Positions 20,283 to 30,501 of a stretch of 64,000 bases of DNA are shown here, one piece after another; within the stretch, counting starts at the first letter, position 1; the number at the start of each line of letters is the position of its first letter. The DNA lies in NCBI GenBank assembly GCA_030646035.1, contig JAUSMY010000046.1:73072-137071 (forward strand), read 5' to 3'. The stretch comes from Thermodesulfovibrionia bacterium (GTDB taxonomy: Bacteria; Nitrospirota; Thermodesulfovibrionia; UBA6902). Position numbers and translations under genes: made by a program. Under the pieces are notes generated by a model. That model was not told where the DNA came from. It ran no database searches and saw nothing but the letters and a program-made list of their open reading frames with translations.

Positions 20283-23200
20283 ATGGGAAGGATAATATCA
20301 AATAAGGTCAGTAGCATGAACTGGATGGCAAAGATCAGTCTCGTGCTGGTCTTCACTATGTTTTTCAGCATTCAAGGTTGGTATAGTCCAAAAATCGTTC
20401 AGGCTGCTATATCGAAACCGTCTAACTGGGCATCACAGTATGCCGCTGTCGCATATCCTGCCGGCACAATAAATGCCGCTTACACGGTAGCCGCTGGCAC
20501 TAACCGCCTGCTGGTTGTGGCTATATCATCCACACAAACCGCGGTCGGCACTGCGCAGACAGTGAGCAGCATCACTTATGGCGGACAGCCTCTTACATTA
20601 GCGGCCGGTGACGGGTCTTCTACTGTTACCTGGAACCATACATATCTCTATTACCTGAATGAGGCCGGTATACAGGCCGCTTCAGGCACAGCTCTTAATG
20701 TCACCATCTCAGGCGGCACATCTTACTATAACTGGGTTTATGCAGCGGTTTATGCAGGCGTGGATCAGACAGGCACACCTTATACTGATGCCAAAAATTT
20801 TAATAGCGTTGCAGCCTCAACAGCTGTAGGCCCTTTTAGTCCGACCCTGACAATAAATGTAAATGACCAGGCGATAGAGATCGTTAACCTTGCCAGAAGT
20901 ACTGCAAACGTAACTGCCCGCACAATTACCACATGGGCTACAGGCTGGACTACTGCAGGAGTTGCTCCTGCGAGTATTGTTACGAGTGGTCCAACAGCAA
21001 CAATGTATATTAGAGACAGAAATCTGCTGACTACCGCTAATGACGGCTCCCAGCATACAGAGAGCAATGCTGCCGCATTCGATTCAATGACAGCAATGAG
21101 CATTCAAGTTGCCCCTGTCGATTCCACACCTCCGAATGTCAGCACTGTGAATGTGGATCCGACATATACTAATGGCCCCACATCATACACAACGAGCGCA
21201 CCTGTTATCACGGCAATACTTACGGATGCTGAATCAACAGTGACAGGGTGTGAATATACAACGAACGGCTCAACATGGGTTACGGGTGTACTTACAGGCT
21301 CAAGCTCACCATGGACCTGCACCGGAAGCCCGACTGGTCTTACCGGTTCTCTTACACTTAATATACGCGGGACATCTTCAGCACCTGGCTATGGCACCGG
21401 CGTATCACAGGCAAGGACAGTGGATGTTGCTGTTCCAATAACAACTGATAGTTTGGTGTCATTTAATTGGGTTTCAACAGAAGATACTGTAACACTATAC
21501 CCGGTTGATGGCGGTTCTGGCGTTACTGCGGCAACAGGCATATATGGATGTTTCGGCACAGGCTGTACACCGGTTGTTCTTGGCGGGAACACTATGACGT
21601 CTGCCTGCGGAGCCGGCAATGAATGTTGGCTTGATGTTAGGTATTATTCCAAGGACAATCTCAATTGGACTGAGTCTACTGTGACATCCGCTTTTCAGGT
21701 ATTGGTTGACAGAGCGGCTCCTGCTGGACTTGCCGCTTCAAGCCCTGCTGATGAGGCATTAGATCTGCCGACCAGCACTACAGTCGATTCTACAACAGCA
21801 ACAGATAACGGAAGCGGTTCTATTGAATATTATTTTGAAGTTGATACAGATCCGGGCTTTTCCGCTCCTCAGACAGGCGGGTGGCAGGCAGGCACAAGCT
21901 ATGCGCCAACTCTTGCAAGCGGCCCGACATATTTCTGGCGCGTAAAGGCACGGGATGTCATTGGAAATGCAACCGCATGGACAACGCCAAGAAGTTTTTC
22001 AACTCTGGCGTCTTGTACGCGCAATGACCCGACTTTAACACTGGAAACTGACACAGGAGCTGTTCAAGGGTTTATCACTACTAACGGCGGCACAAAAGAT
22101 TACATATTAACGGTTATTAATAATGATAACGGTGGATGCGGAGATACAACTTTTGATTTCACTGTAACAGATACTGATGGTGGCAATAACTTTGATGCTC
22201 CCATATTGAGTTCTTTAATTGCTACTCTTGCGCCGGGGGCGCAGACTATCAGGACAGTTACTGTTACAGCTACTGCCGGCAAGACAACAGGGCAGAGCCT
22301 GACGTATGTAAACTATGACGGTATTGATCCAAATCATCTGAATGTTGTTAATTCCAATAATGTTACGACATTCATAAATGTTGTAGATTGCAATGCAAAT
22401 GTGCCATATCTTATCATTGGGCCTGACTCAGGTAATGTGGCAATCGGTGGAGACATTCAATATACTGTTACAGTGCAGAATACTGACACCGGGTCAGGGT
22501 GTTCAGCAGTAATATATAATATAAATATAGACAGTGAAACAAATTCAGCTAACTTTATTCTCCCTTCAACACTAAGTCTTCCGAGCAAGACTCTCTCTCC
22601 GGGACAGAAAGGCAGTGTTACAATTACAGTAACCTCAAAGATTGGAGCTGTACTTGATGAGATCAATATCACTACGATAGGTGTGACAGCTACCGGTCAT
22701 ACATCTCCTGCTGACGCAACTGCAACAACAACAGTGGGTAACCGTATCCTGCATAACTCAATAAATACAGGCTCAACCAAGTGGTCATCATCCGGCGGAT
22801 GGGGTGTTCCGGGCGGCAGATACGGTGAGTTTGACTGCACGACATGCCATACTACATCTGACGCGACTAACATAAAGAAGATCAGCAGTTCCATTACAAC
22901 GCCTAATCCGGCATCAGGAACATTGCCCGGTGACGGTCAGTCTATTGTTTTTACTACAATCAGCGCAGTCTCAGGAACATCCGGAGTGTTAGGTGATGAT
23001 TCAGATGCTACGAGAACGAGTTCAAACAGGATCTGTGAGGTGTGCCATACATATGATGTCTCTGGAGTGAATGGTGTTGTAGTTCATGCGTATGATCAGG
23101 TGACCTATGTTTCAGAATCTGTAACCAATAATCATCAGAACGCAAATGCAACTGACTGCATAGCCTGTCACAAGCATAAAGTCGGATTTATGCCTCCTGA

Positions 23201-25934
23201 CTGCGGAAGCTGTCATGGTAATCCTCCGGGAGCAGGTACTCCCGCGGGTTCGCTTGCCAGCAGTCCAAATACAACAGGTTCTGTGACTGTTGGAGCGCAT
23301 AATACTCATTACACCACACTTGGATATGGATGTTATACTTGCCATACCGGCTCTGTAATGCCTCATGAGAGTACTGCTTTGCCGGGACAGGGAGATATTA
23401 ATATCGGATTTAGCGCTTTTGGCTCAACATCTGGAACATACAGCGGCCAGACAGGTGTAAGCTATAATGATGTTGCAGGTACCGGAGGCCTTAACTGCTC
23501 AGCCTTATATTGTCACGGAGCAACACTTGACGGCACTTCAACCACTGCTCAGTGGAATGGGACGGTCGCATGCGGTAATTGCCATAAGGCAACAGCAGCT
23601 AATACGCCTACACTTGGCAACCATGCACGTCATGCGGGCAGCACTCAGGTGAATATAGCCTGTTCAGATTGTCACGGAGCTAACGGCGCAGGCGGTGGCG
23701 GACATGTTGGCGGAACAGTACAATGGGGTTTGAATACTTCAAGCGCGCTATTTGGAACGAGCGCACAATACAACTCAGCAGCATCCGGTACTAAGAACAA
23801 CTTGGCTCCGAGTTCATCGTATCAGACATGTACGACACTTTATTGCCACAGTAATGCACAGGGCGCAAGCGGGGTCGGAGTTCCTTCATCATATAAGTCG
23901 CCATTATGGGGCGCAGGAACGCTTGGCTGTGCAGGCTGTCATGTTGATATGACAAGCGCATCTGGCACCGCAAGCCATATTAAACATGCAAATTCATATG
24001 GTATGACATGTTCGAATTGCCACACCGGCTATACAGCAAGCACAACAAACGCTTCTGTACATGCAAACAACACTATAAATGTCACATTAGCTTCTGGCAC
24101 CTATTCCGGAGGCACCACACCGGGTGACCATGCTTCGGGCGGCGGATATGGAAGCTGTTCTACCAATAACTGTCACAGCGACGGCAAGGCAACACCATCT
24201 ACTTATACGAATCCCGCATGGGGCGGCACAGCAGCCTGCGGCACATGTCATGGAGTCGCAGCGGCTACACCGCCTGCGTCTACGCCGCATACCAAGCATG
24301 TCGGCACAGCGGCGAATTACAAGTACGCCTGCTACAAGTGTCATACTAATGTAGCTGTAACAGCGGATTCAACAACATCAGCTACTCTTAACGGCACCTA
24401 TACAACAACACATGTGAACGGCACAAGGAATGTTGACTTTGACGCTTCTTCAGTAGGCGGCTCATGGGCAAGCACTCAGTGCTCCAATACCTATTGTCAC
24501 AGCGCTGGCACAACATTCACAGTTGCTTCAGCAACACATTCGGCAATATCATGGAGCGGTACCAAGGATTGCGCTGGTTGTCATACAGGCGGCATATCAA
24601 CAGGACCGAGCTATACAAACAATTCACCTAAGACCAATACGCACGCACAGCATGTGACCACTTCTGGCTATGTCTGCGTTGACTGCCATAGCGGCACGGT
24701 CACCGGCTCTAACACTATCTCTGATACTTCAAAGCATCTTAACAAGGCTTATGATGTTTCAGGCGCAAGTGTGACTACATATTCATATGTATCTGACGGC
24801 GGCACATGTACGACAAAATGCCATGGGACAAAGACTGTGAAGTGGGGTACACAGACAACTGACGCTACATGTGTGAAGTGTCATGGTGTTGTCGGCACGA
24901 CATCAGTCCAGTATGCTTCGATGACAGCTACAGCAGCGCCCGGCTTTAACGGCACAGGGCTTGACACTAATGGCGAAGCCTCTGATACTGACAGTCAGGT
25001 AGGAGCGCATAATTCGCATCTTAACTCAGTAAGCAATTACAGTAGTGATATAGCCTGTAATGAGTGCCATGCGGTTCCTGCATCAGTCAATGCATCAGGG
25101 CATATAGACTCAACTCTTCCTGCTGAATTGACCTTTGGCACACTTGCCTCAACTAACGTGGGTTCAACCACAGCTCCGAACTATGCAAGTCCGAGCTGTA
25201 CAAATACATATTGCCATTATGGTAAATCATGGGGCGGCTATAGTCCTACTACTGCCAATGCAGCAGTCTCATGGATAAATACAGCTTATCTCAGCGGCAC
25301 GCCAAGCCTTGCCGGTGACTGTAATAAGTGTCATGCGTCACCTCCATCGAGCCATGCCGGCGGTATGGTGATAGCTGATTGTATCGGCTGTCATACACAT
25401 TTGAATAATGACGGAACCTTCCTGGATCCTTCTCTGCATATCAATGGTTTAGTTGACGCTGCCGGCGGCGGATGCGGCGGATGCCATGATTATGATAATG
25501 CCGGATCAAACTATGCCGGCGGTGTCTGGACAGGCGGCACCTGGGGCAAACTTCCCCATAGGGACGACCCGACAAATGAAGGATGGGGCGCGCACGCAGA
25601 GCATATAAATCATATTAAGACAAGGCTTGCTATCACATATGTTCTTTCAACATCAAACCAGACCTTTGGTACAGGCGAGCCTGCCAATGTTTGCGGAACC
25701 TGTCATACTAACACGGGCGGCAACCATTCAACAGGCGGCAGCACAGTACGTTCTATTAACTTTGGCGACGGAACATATAAATACGGCGGAGCTTCAGGCA
25801 CCAGCATCGCCTTGATGAGCTCAACCAACCCGACTTATAACGGTGTGAGCGCGACGTCTTCATTGGTGAATCCGAAGACCTGCTCGAACATTAGTTGTCA
25901 TTACAGCACAACCCCGGTATGGGAAGCATTTTAG
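20283..25934 (+). CDS. giant multiheme cytochrome c (about 26 heme motifs) with an ~800-aa non-heme N-terminal beta-rich region
   Basis: A gaggag RBS is present. The N-terminal anchor is MNWMAKISLVLVFTMFFSIQGW. Roughly 800 aa of Thr/Ser/Gly-rich Ig- or fibronectin-like sequence precede the first heme motif. I then count 26 motifs including CX3CH (CTTKCH) and CX4CH. Confidence 0.9.
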   Translation: MGRIISNKVSSMNWMAKISLVLVFTMFFSIQGWYSPKIVQAAISKPSNWASQYAAVAYPAGTINAAYTVAAGTNRLLVVAISSTQTAVGTAQTVSSITYGGQPLTLAAGDGSSTVTWNHTYLYYLNEAGIQAASGTALNVTISGGTSYYNWVYAAVYAGVDQTGTPYTDAKNFNSVAASTAVGPFSPTLTINVNDQAIEIVNLARSTANVTARTITTWATGWTTAGVAPASIVTSGPTATMYIRDRNLLTTANDGSQHTESNAAAFDSMTAMSIQVAPVDSTPPNVSTVNVDPTYTNGPTSYTTSAPVITAILTDAESTVTGCEYTTNGSTWVTGVLTGSSSPWTCTGSPTGLTGSLTLNIRGTSSAPGYGTGVSQARTVDVAVPITTDSLVSFNWVSTEDTVTLYPVDGGSGVTAATGIYGCFGTGCTPVVLGGNTMTSACGAGNECWLDVRYYSKDNLNWTESTVTSAFQVLVDRAAPAGLAASSPADEALDLPTSTTVDSTTATDNGSGSIEYYFEVDTDPGFSAPQTGGWQAGTSYAPTLASGPTYFWRVKARDVIGNATAWTTPRSFSTLASCTRNDPTLTLETDTGAVQGFITTNGGTKDYILTVINNDNGGCGDTTFDFTVTDTDGGNNFDAPILSSLIATLAPGAQTIRTVTVTATAGKTTGQSLTYVNYDGIDPNHLNVVNSNNVTTFINVVDCNANVPYLIIGPDSGNVAIGGDIQYTVTVQNTDTGSGCSAVIYNINIDSETNSANFILPSTLSLPSKTLSPGQKGSVTITVTSKIGAVLDEINITTIGVTATGHTSPADATATTTVGNRILHNSINTGSTKWSSSGGWGVPGGRYGEFDCTTCHTTSDATNIKKISSSITTPNPASGTLPGDGQSIVFTTISAVSGTSGVLGDDSDATRTSSNRICEVCHTYDVSGVNGVVVHAYDQVTYVSESVTNNHQNANATDCIACHKHKVGFMPPDCGSCHGNPPGAGTPAGSLASSPNTTGSVTVGAHNTHYTTLGYGCYTCHTGSVMPHESTALPGQGDINIGFSAFGSTSGTYSGQTGVSYNDVAGTGGLNCSALYCHGATLDGTSTTAQWNGTVACGNCHKATAANTPTLGNHARHAGSTQVNIACSDCHGANGAGGGGHVGGTVQWGLNTSSALFGTSAQYNSAASGTKNNLAPSSSYQTCTTLYCHSNAQGASGVGVPSSYKSPLWGAGTLGCAGCHVDMTSASGTASHIKHANSYGMTCSNCHTGYTASTTNASVHANNTINVTLASGTYSGGTTPGDHASGGGYGSCSTNNCHSDGKATPSTYTNPAWGGTAACGTCHGVAAATPPASTPHTKHVGTAANYKYACYKCHTNVAVTADSTTSATLNGTYTTTHVNGTRNVDFDASSVGGSWASTQCSNTYCHSAGTTFTVASATHSAISWSGTKDCAGCHTGGISTGPSYTNNSPKTNTHAQHVTTSGYVCVDCHSGTVTGSNTISDTSKHLNKAYDVSGASVTTYSYVSDGGTCTTKCHGTKTVKWGTQTTDATCVKCHGVVGTTSVQYASMTATAAPGFNGTGLDTNGEASDTDSQVGAHNSHLNSVSNYSSDIACNECHAVPASVNASGHIDSTLPAELTFGTLASTNVGSTTAPNYASPSCTNTYCHYGKSWGGYSPTTANAAVSWINTAYLSGTPSLAGDCNKCHASPPSSHAGGMVIADCIGCHTHLNNDGTFLDPSLHINGLVDAAGGGCGGCHDYDNAGSNYAGGVWTGGTWGKLPHRDDPTNEGWGAHAEHINHIKTRLAITYVLSTSNQTFGTGEPANVCGTCHTNTGGNHSTGGSTVRSINFGDGTYKYGGASGTSIALMSSTNPTYNGVSATSSLVNPKTCSNISCHYSTTPVWEAF

Positions 25935-25949
25935 AGTGAGGGGTAGAAT

Positions 25950-28900
25950 ATGAAAATTATAAAAGTGAGGGAGATCAACATGAGAGGGACAAAAGATAAA
26001 AAGACCGGAGGCATGAACTTGAGGAAGCCCAAGATCAGTCTCGTGCTGATCTTCACTATAATATTAAGTATCTTTATGCTTCAGGGCTGGATCGGCTTGA
26101 AATCTGCAGATGCGATGCCGCTGGTAAAGAAGGGCACTATTGTAAAGAACACGGCCACCGGCGCGCAGGCTGTCACCGGAGTGGGGTTCCAGCCCAAGGC
26201 TGTGGTGTTCTGGTGGACGAGGCAGAACACATTTAACGCGAACAACGCCGGCATTTCCACAGGTTACGGCTATGCCGCTGCCTTGCCGACAATCACTCAG
26301 GGATCAGTTGCCGCAGCGGCAAGGGATAATCTGGCGACAACTGACAACAATTTCATGGAGTCAATCACATACTCTATCGTTATACTTAATCCCGGCGCTA
26401 CGGGCACGCCGATGGTTGCCAGGGCCTCGGTCACTGCATTCGGAGCTGACGGCTTCACCCTTAACTGGCAAACCAACGAGGCGCAGGCCAACCAGATACA
26501 CTATATGGCTATCGGAGGCGCGGATATAACGGATGCCAGGGTTGGCACCTTTGCCGGACCTGCTGTAGCAGGCTCAGCAGCGGTCACAGGGGTTGGCTTT
26601 CAACCGGACGCGGTGTTGTTTGTTGCGGGCAATAGGACCGGAGTTACATGGGACACAATTGTCGCTGAGGGCGCGCAGACGATAGGCTTCATGTCGTCTG
26701 CCACATCACAAGCGTCAATAGGCTGGTCTGCCAGAGATGCTCAGACCGCGCTATCAAACGCTCATGCATGGTCCGGGGCGCAGGCCATTACAGGGCTCAG
26801 GCGTAACGCCCTTGACCAACAGGCAGCCTTCACCTCCATGGACGCTGACGGATTCACCTTAAACTTCACACAAACAGGCGGTGCTTCTAATTATATTTAT
26901 TTGGCCCTCAAGGGCGGACTTTTTAAAATGGGCACGTTCAATAAAAACACAGCGGCAGGCGCGCAGAGCGTCACCGGCTTAGGATTCCAGCCCAGCGGCC
27001 TGATGCTTTTAAGCGAGAGCGACAACGTGGCAGCGGCCACGGCCCGCGCCAGTGCCAACCCGGCCTCAAACCTCTCCATCGGCGCCACAGACGGCACAAC
27101 ATCCGGTTCGACATGGATGCACTATCGGTCAATCGCCACAACAGACACCAACACATTTACATATAACACGAATATTATGAAGATGGGCATAAATACTAAC
27201 GCCACTGTAACTAACTACGGCGAGGCCACGTTTACGTCCTTCAACACAGACGGATTTACGATAAACTGGACCACCTCAGACGCCACGGCCCGTAACTTAA
27301 TCTATTGGGCCATCGGCGGGGTACTAGGTGATTCAGTGAATGTCGCAGATGGTACTGACCCAGCGAATGCTAACGCAGGCCGCGGCAGTACAAATAATAT
27401 AGCTGACAGCTTTACGATGGTCGCAGTCAATACCCTGGATGGCCTGGCAGATGTAACCGGTGTTACTTCAAGCTTTACAAACAGTGCAAACATCTCGGGC
27501 GTCAGGCTATATAAAGATAACGGGGTTGCAGGGACATATGAGCCCGGGACTGATACGCTGCTTTCGACCGGAACACCCGGTGCATCAGTAAGCTTTACGG
27601 GCTTTACTGAAAACCTTACAACAACAGCGGCAAACTACCTGATTTTAGTTGATATCGCAGGCGGCGCTACTTTGGCGCAGACAATTGATACCTCTGTAAC
27701 CGCTGTTACGGTTACGTCTCCTGATGTGCAGGGCACTATATCAGACGCATCCAATCCAACAAGGCTTACCATTATTGATCTGCCGCATGAAGATGCAGGT
27801 ACGGCATCAAATACAGCAATAGCTGCAAGTCCTCAGCTTGAAGGCGGAACAGGCATTCTGATGCAGCGTTTTCAGGTTTCGAGCGCAACCAGCAGCGCAG
27901 GCGCGCAGGACAATCAGCTTGAGCTTAACTCTCTCGGCATTGACGACCTCGGCACTGCAACCGGAGCCAGGACCGCAAAGGCGTATATTGATACAACAAG
28001 CTCTGCAACGCTTCCCGGAACAGCGGTGCTCATCGGGACTCTCTCTTCATGGACAGGCGCTCCCACAACGATAACCCTGAATCAGGGAACCGCAGGTGAC
28101 AGAACAGTAACTAACGCAACTCCGAGGTACATATATATTGTCTATGATCTGCCGGCAGGCGCGACCCAGACCGTTCAGTCAAGTATCACATCTGTAGGCG
28201 CTGTCAGCCCTGATGCCGGACAGACAGGCCTTACATTGAACTCAAATGCGATCACACTAAGCGCTGACCCGTCAACTATTACATCATGCGCCGGCTGTCA
28301 TGGCTATGGAGCCACACTTACAGATGGCACAGCGCGTAATGTTCCGGATGGCAAGTTCCCCGGTTCTCATAATAAACATGTAAATACTTATGGCAAGGCA
28401 TGTTCAGTATGCCATGCTGTGCCAGCAACTGAAACAGGCGCGAATTATACACACCGTAACAACACCATTGAGATGTCTGGCTCTATTAACGGAACATCCG
28501 GGGCTGTATATGTTAAAGGCACAAGCTGGACACAGACAACCATACCTGCTGCTTATACGGGATGTACCAACACTTATTGCCATAGCAGCGGAGTAGGTGT
28601 TCTCTCCGGCACAATTCCGTCCAACACATCGATAACATGGGGAACAACCGCTACATGCGGCAGTTGTCATGGCACGGCCTTAGATGATGGCAGGCCTAAT
28701 TACACAAACAATAGCCCTAAACGTAATACGCACGGTGATGGCGCAAGCTATGGCGTTACACACAAAGCTACTGCATGTACAACGTGCCATACAGGTGTAT
28801 CAGGGACTGCAGGTTCATATACAGTTGATCCTGCAACACATAACAACGGGGTATATAACCTGTCTGGGACATTTGGATATACGCAGGCTACAGGCACATG

Positions 28901-30245
28901 CTCAACACCCGGCTGCCACGGTTCATCAACCTGGGGCACCTCACTCGGCTGCGTTGACTGCCATGCCTCGGCACAGGGAACTCGTAGTATTATCACCGGC
29001 GCTTCTGGTGAATTCGGTTTGGCATGGGGACATAAGAAATCCGCACGTGGAACTGTGACCGATGCTGATTGTATCGTCTGTCATCTTGAAGGTGCGTATA
29101 CTTCCGGCGTAGGTTCAGCAGTCGCGAAGACAGCCTATCATTCCGGAGCTCCTAATGGCAACATAGACCTGCGTGATCCTGACGGGGCTGGTGAGACTGC
29201 GATCACAAATAATAGCGGCGGTGCATTTACCTTCACTAAGTACTCGATATCATATGCTGCCGGCTCCCGTACGACGACCTTGGGTAACACAATTCCTGAA
29301 GTTATCACGGTTAAGTTCTGTATGAAATGTCATGACAGTAATGGCGCTACCAATACAACCGCACGATCGAACAACGGCGGTACCGGTACTGCTACACAGC
29401 CGTTTGGCGGCATAAGCACCGGATATTCCGTAATTAACGGCGCTGCAGCCGTTAATGGGCTCATCGATGTAAGCACCCAGTTTGCCGCAGCCAACTCTTC
29501 ACGGCATCCTGTAGGCGCTCCGAACTCGAGGAGGTATCCATATTCAACACGGCTCGCTTCTCCATATAATAATATTGGAACAACAAGGGATGCTAATACA
29601 CAAGTTGGCAATACCGCAACGCCACGTGTCGCGGCAAACAGCGTTGTTCTCGTCTGTGATGATTGCCATACCGTAACTACTGCCGCAGGCTCGTTGCCGA
29701 GCTTAACGAATCGTACTATTACGGCACACGGTACTGCTCAAACAGATAACGTGCGTGGTACATTTATGGTTGCGACTCCTGTGTTGTGTCTGTCATGTCA
29801 TGGTGGGACTACTACTCCAAATACAACAACTGCACAGATCGATACCACCAACGGAGATCACAATCCCGGCTCAGCCTATGCGGTCGGCACGACCAGAGTC
29901 AATAGTTTTATAAGTAATTGCGGATACTGCCACTTTAGCGCTTTAACAACACCGGTCAGACCTATCAAGGCTCAGGATATTCACGGCTTCAATGGGATGC
30001 AGACAACAGGCGCAGCATGGGCATGGGGTACTATATCTGGTATGCGGCCGGTTGCATTTATGCGTAACGTAGCTAATTTTGCAACTGCATCACCTCGTCC
30101 TTATAGTGCGACACTTGCAGGCCCGGGCCAGTTTACCCTTGCCGGAGGTCAATCCTCTTGTGCCGGAACAGGCGATCTTACTAATGGCTCTTGTTCTGGT
30201 CAGACAGGTAAGCATACCCCATACTCACCGGGTGGTTCATACTGA
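25950..30245 (+). CDS. giant cytochrome c (about 12 heme motifs) with an N-terminal region of 3-4 internal ~110-aa repeats
   Basis: A gagggg RBS is present. The anchor KISLVLIFTIILSIFMLQGW is homologous to that of ORF 20283. Internal repeats are built around VTG(V/L)GFQP and GFT(L/I)N(W/F)(Q/T)T. The C-terminal half carries 12 heme motifs including CX4CH (CTNTYCH, CSTPGCH). Confidence 0.85.
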   Translation: MKIIKVREINMRGTKDKKTGGMNLRKPKISLVLIFTIILSIFMLQGWIGLKSADAMPLVKKGTIVKNTATGAQAVTGVGFQPKAVVFWWTRQNTFNANNAGISTGYGYAAALPTITQGSVAAAARDNLATTDNNFMESITYSIVILNPGATGTPMVARASVTAFGADGFTLNWQTNEAQANQIHYMAIGGADITDARVGTFAGPAVAGSAAVTGVGFQPDAVLFVAGNRTGVTWDTIVAEGAQTIGFMSSATSQASIGWSARDAQTALSNAHAWSGAQAITGLRRNALDQQAAFTSMDADGFTLNFTQTGGASNYIYLALKGGLFKMGTFNKNTAAGAQSVTGLGFQPSGLMLLSESDNVAAATARASANPASNLSIGATDGTTSGSTWMHYRSIATTDTNTFTYNTNIMKMGINTNATVTNYGEATFTSFNTDGFTINWTTSDATARNLIYWAIGGVLGDSVNVADGTDPANANAGRGSTNNIADSFTMVAVNTLDGLADVTGVTSSFTNSANISGVRLYKDNGVAGTYEPGTDTLLSTGTPGASVSFTGFTENLTTTAANYLILVDIAGGATLAQTIDTSVTAVTVTSPDVQGTISDASNPTRLTIIDLPHEDAGTASNTAIAASPQLEGGTGILMQRFQVSSATSSAGAQDNQLELNSLGIDDLGTATGARTAKAYIDTTSSATLPGTAVLIGTLSSWTGAPTTITLNQGTAGDRTVTNATPRYIYIVYDLPAGATQTVQSSITSVGAVSPDAGQTGLTLNSNAITLSADPSTITSCAGCHGYGATLTDGTARNVPDGKFPGSHNKHVNTYGKACSVCHAVPATETGANYTHRNNTIEMSGSINGTSGAVYVKGTSWTQTTIPAAYTGCTNTYCHSSGVGVLSGTIPSNTSITWGTTATCGSCHGTALDDGRPNYTNNSPKRNTHGDGASYGVTHKATACTTCHTGVSGTAGSYTVDPATHNNGVYNLSGTFGYTQATGTCSTPGCHGSSTWGTSLGCVDCHASAQGTRSIITGASGEFGLAWGHKKSARGTVTDADCIVCHLEGAYTSGVGSAVAKTAYHSGAPNGNIDLRDPDGAGETAITNNSGGAFTFTKYSISYAAGSRTTTLGNTIPEVITVKFCMKCHDSNGATNTTARSNNGGTGTATQPFGGISTGYSVINGAAAVNGLIDVSTQFAAANSSRHPVGAPNSRRYPYSTRLASPYNNIGTTRDANTQVGNTATPRVAANSVVLVCDDCHTVTTAAGSLPSLTNRTITAHGTAQTDNVRGTFMVATPVLCLSCHGGTTTPNTTTAQIDTTNGDHNPGSAYAVGTTRVNSFISNCGYCHFSALTTPVRPIKAQDIHGFNGMQTTGAAWAWGTISGMRPVAFMRNVANFATASPRPYSATLAGPGQFTLAGGQSSCAGTGDLTNGSCSGQTGKHTPYSPGGSY

Positions 30246-30275
30246 TCATATTACTGATGTAGTTTTGTAAGTTGT

Positions 30276-30310
30276 AAAAGCCCCACCTCAATGCAGGTGG
30301 GGCTTTTTTT
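30276..30310 (+). terminator. Rho-independent terminator closing the cytochrome operon
   Basis: The hairpin AAAGCCCCACCT-caatgc-AGGTGGGGCTTTTTTT has a GC-rich 9-10-bp stem followed by T7. Confidence 0.8.
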
Positions 30311-30350
30311 CTGGTAATGAAACGTATAATAGAAGAAGTTGTTTTGTCGT

Positions 30351-30451
30351 CATACCCGTGCTTAAGACACCTACTGTTGGCGAAGGCGGGTATCCAGAAG
30401 TCTTTGTTTTTCAAAGAAACTGGATTCCCGATAAAGGAACTCGGGAATGAC
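30351..30451. repeat. gene-less miniature copy of the palindromic-end element that flanks the GIY-YIG gene
   Basis: It consists of gtcatacccg...cgggtatccag, a 22-bp palindromic spacer, and ctggattcccg...cgggaatgac. The architecture and end motifs (gtcatWcc.../...ggaatgac) match the two ends of the 31899-32256 element. Confidence 0.5.
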
Positions 30452-30501
30452 AAACTAAGACATTTGCAAGAGTCTCAAATAATATTTCGAGAGGTTATTG
30501 T

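Noticed and set aside
12197-30245. Possibility that the four cytochrome genes are one mis-split gene or an assembly duplication
   Set aside because: Each has a distinct N-terminal signal or anchor, its own RBS and stop codon. The protein sequences are clearly diverged and not identical, and the lengths differ. This fits tandem paralogs better than assembly collapse or expansion, although read-level confirmation is still advisable.
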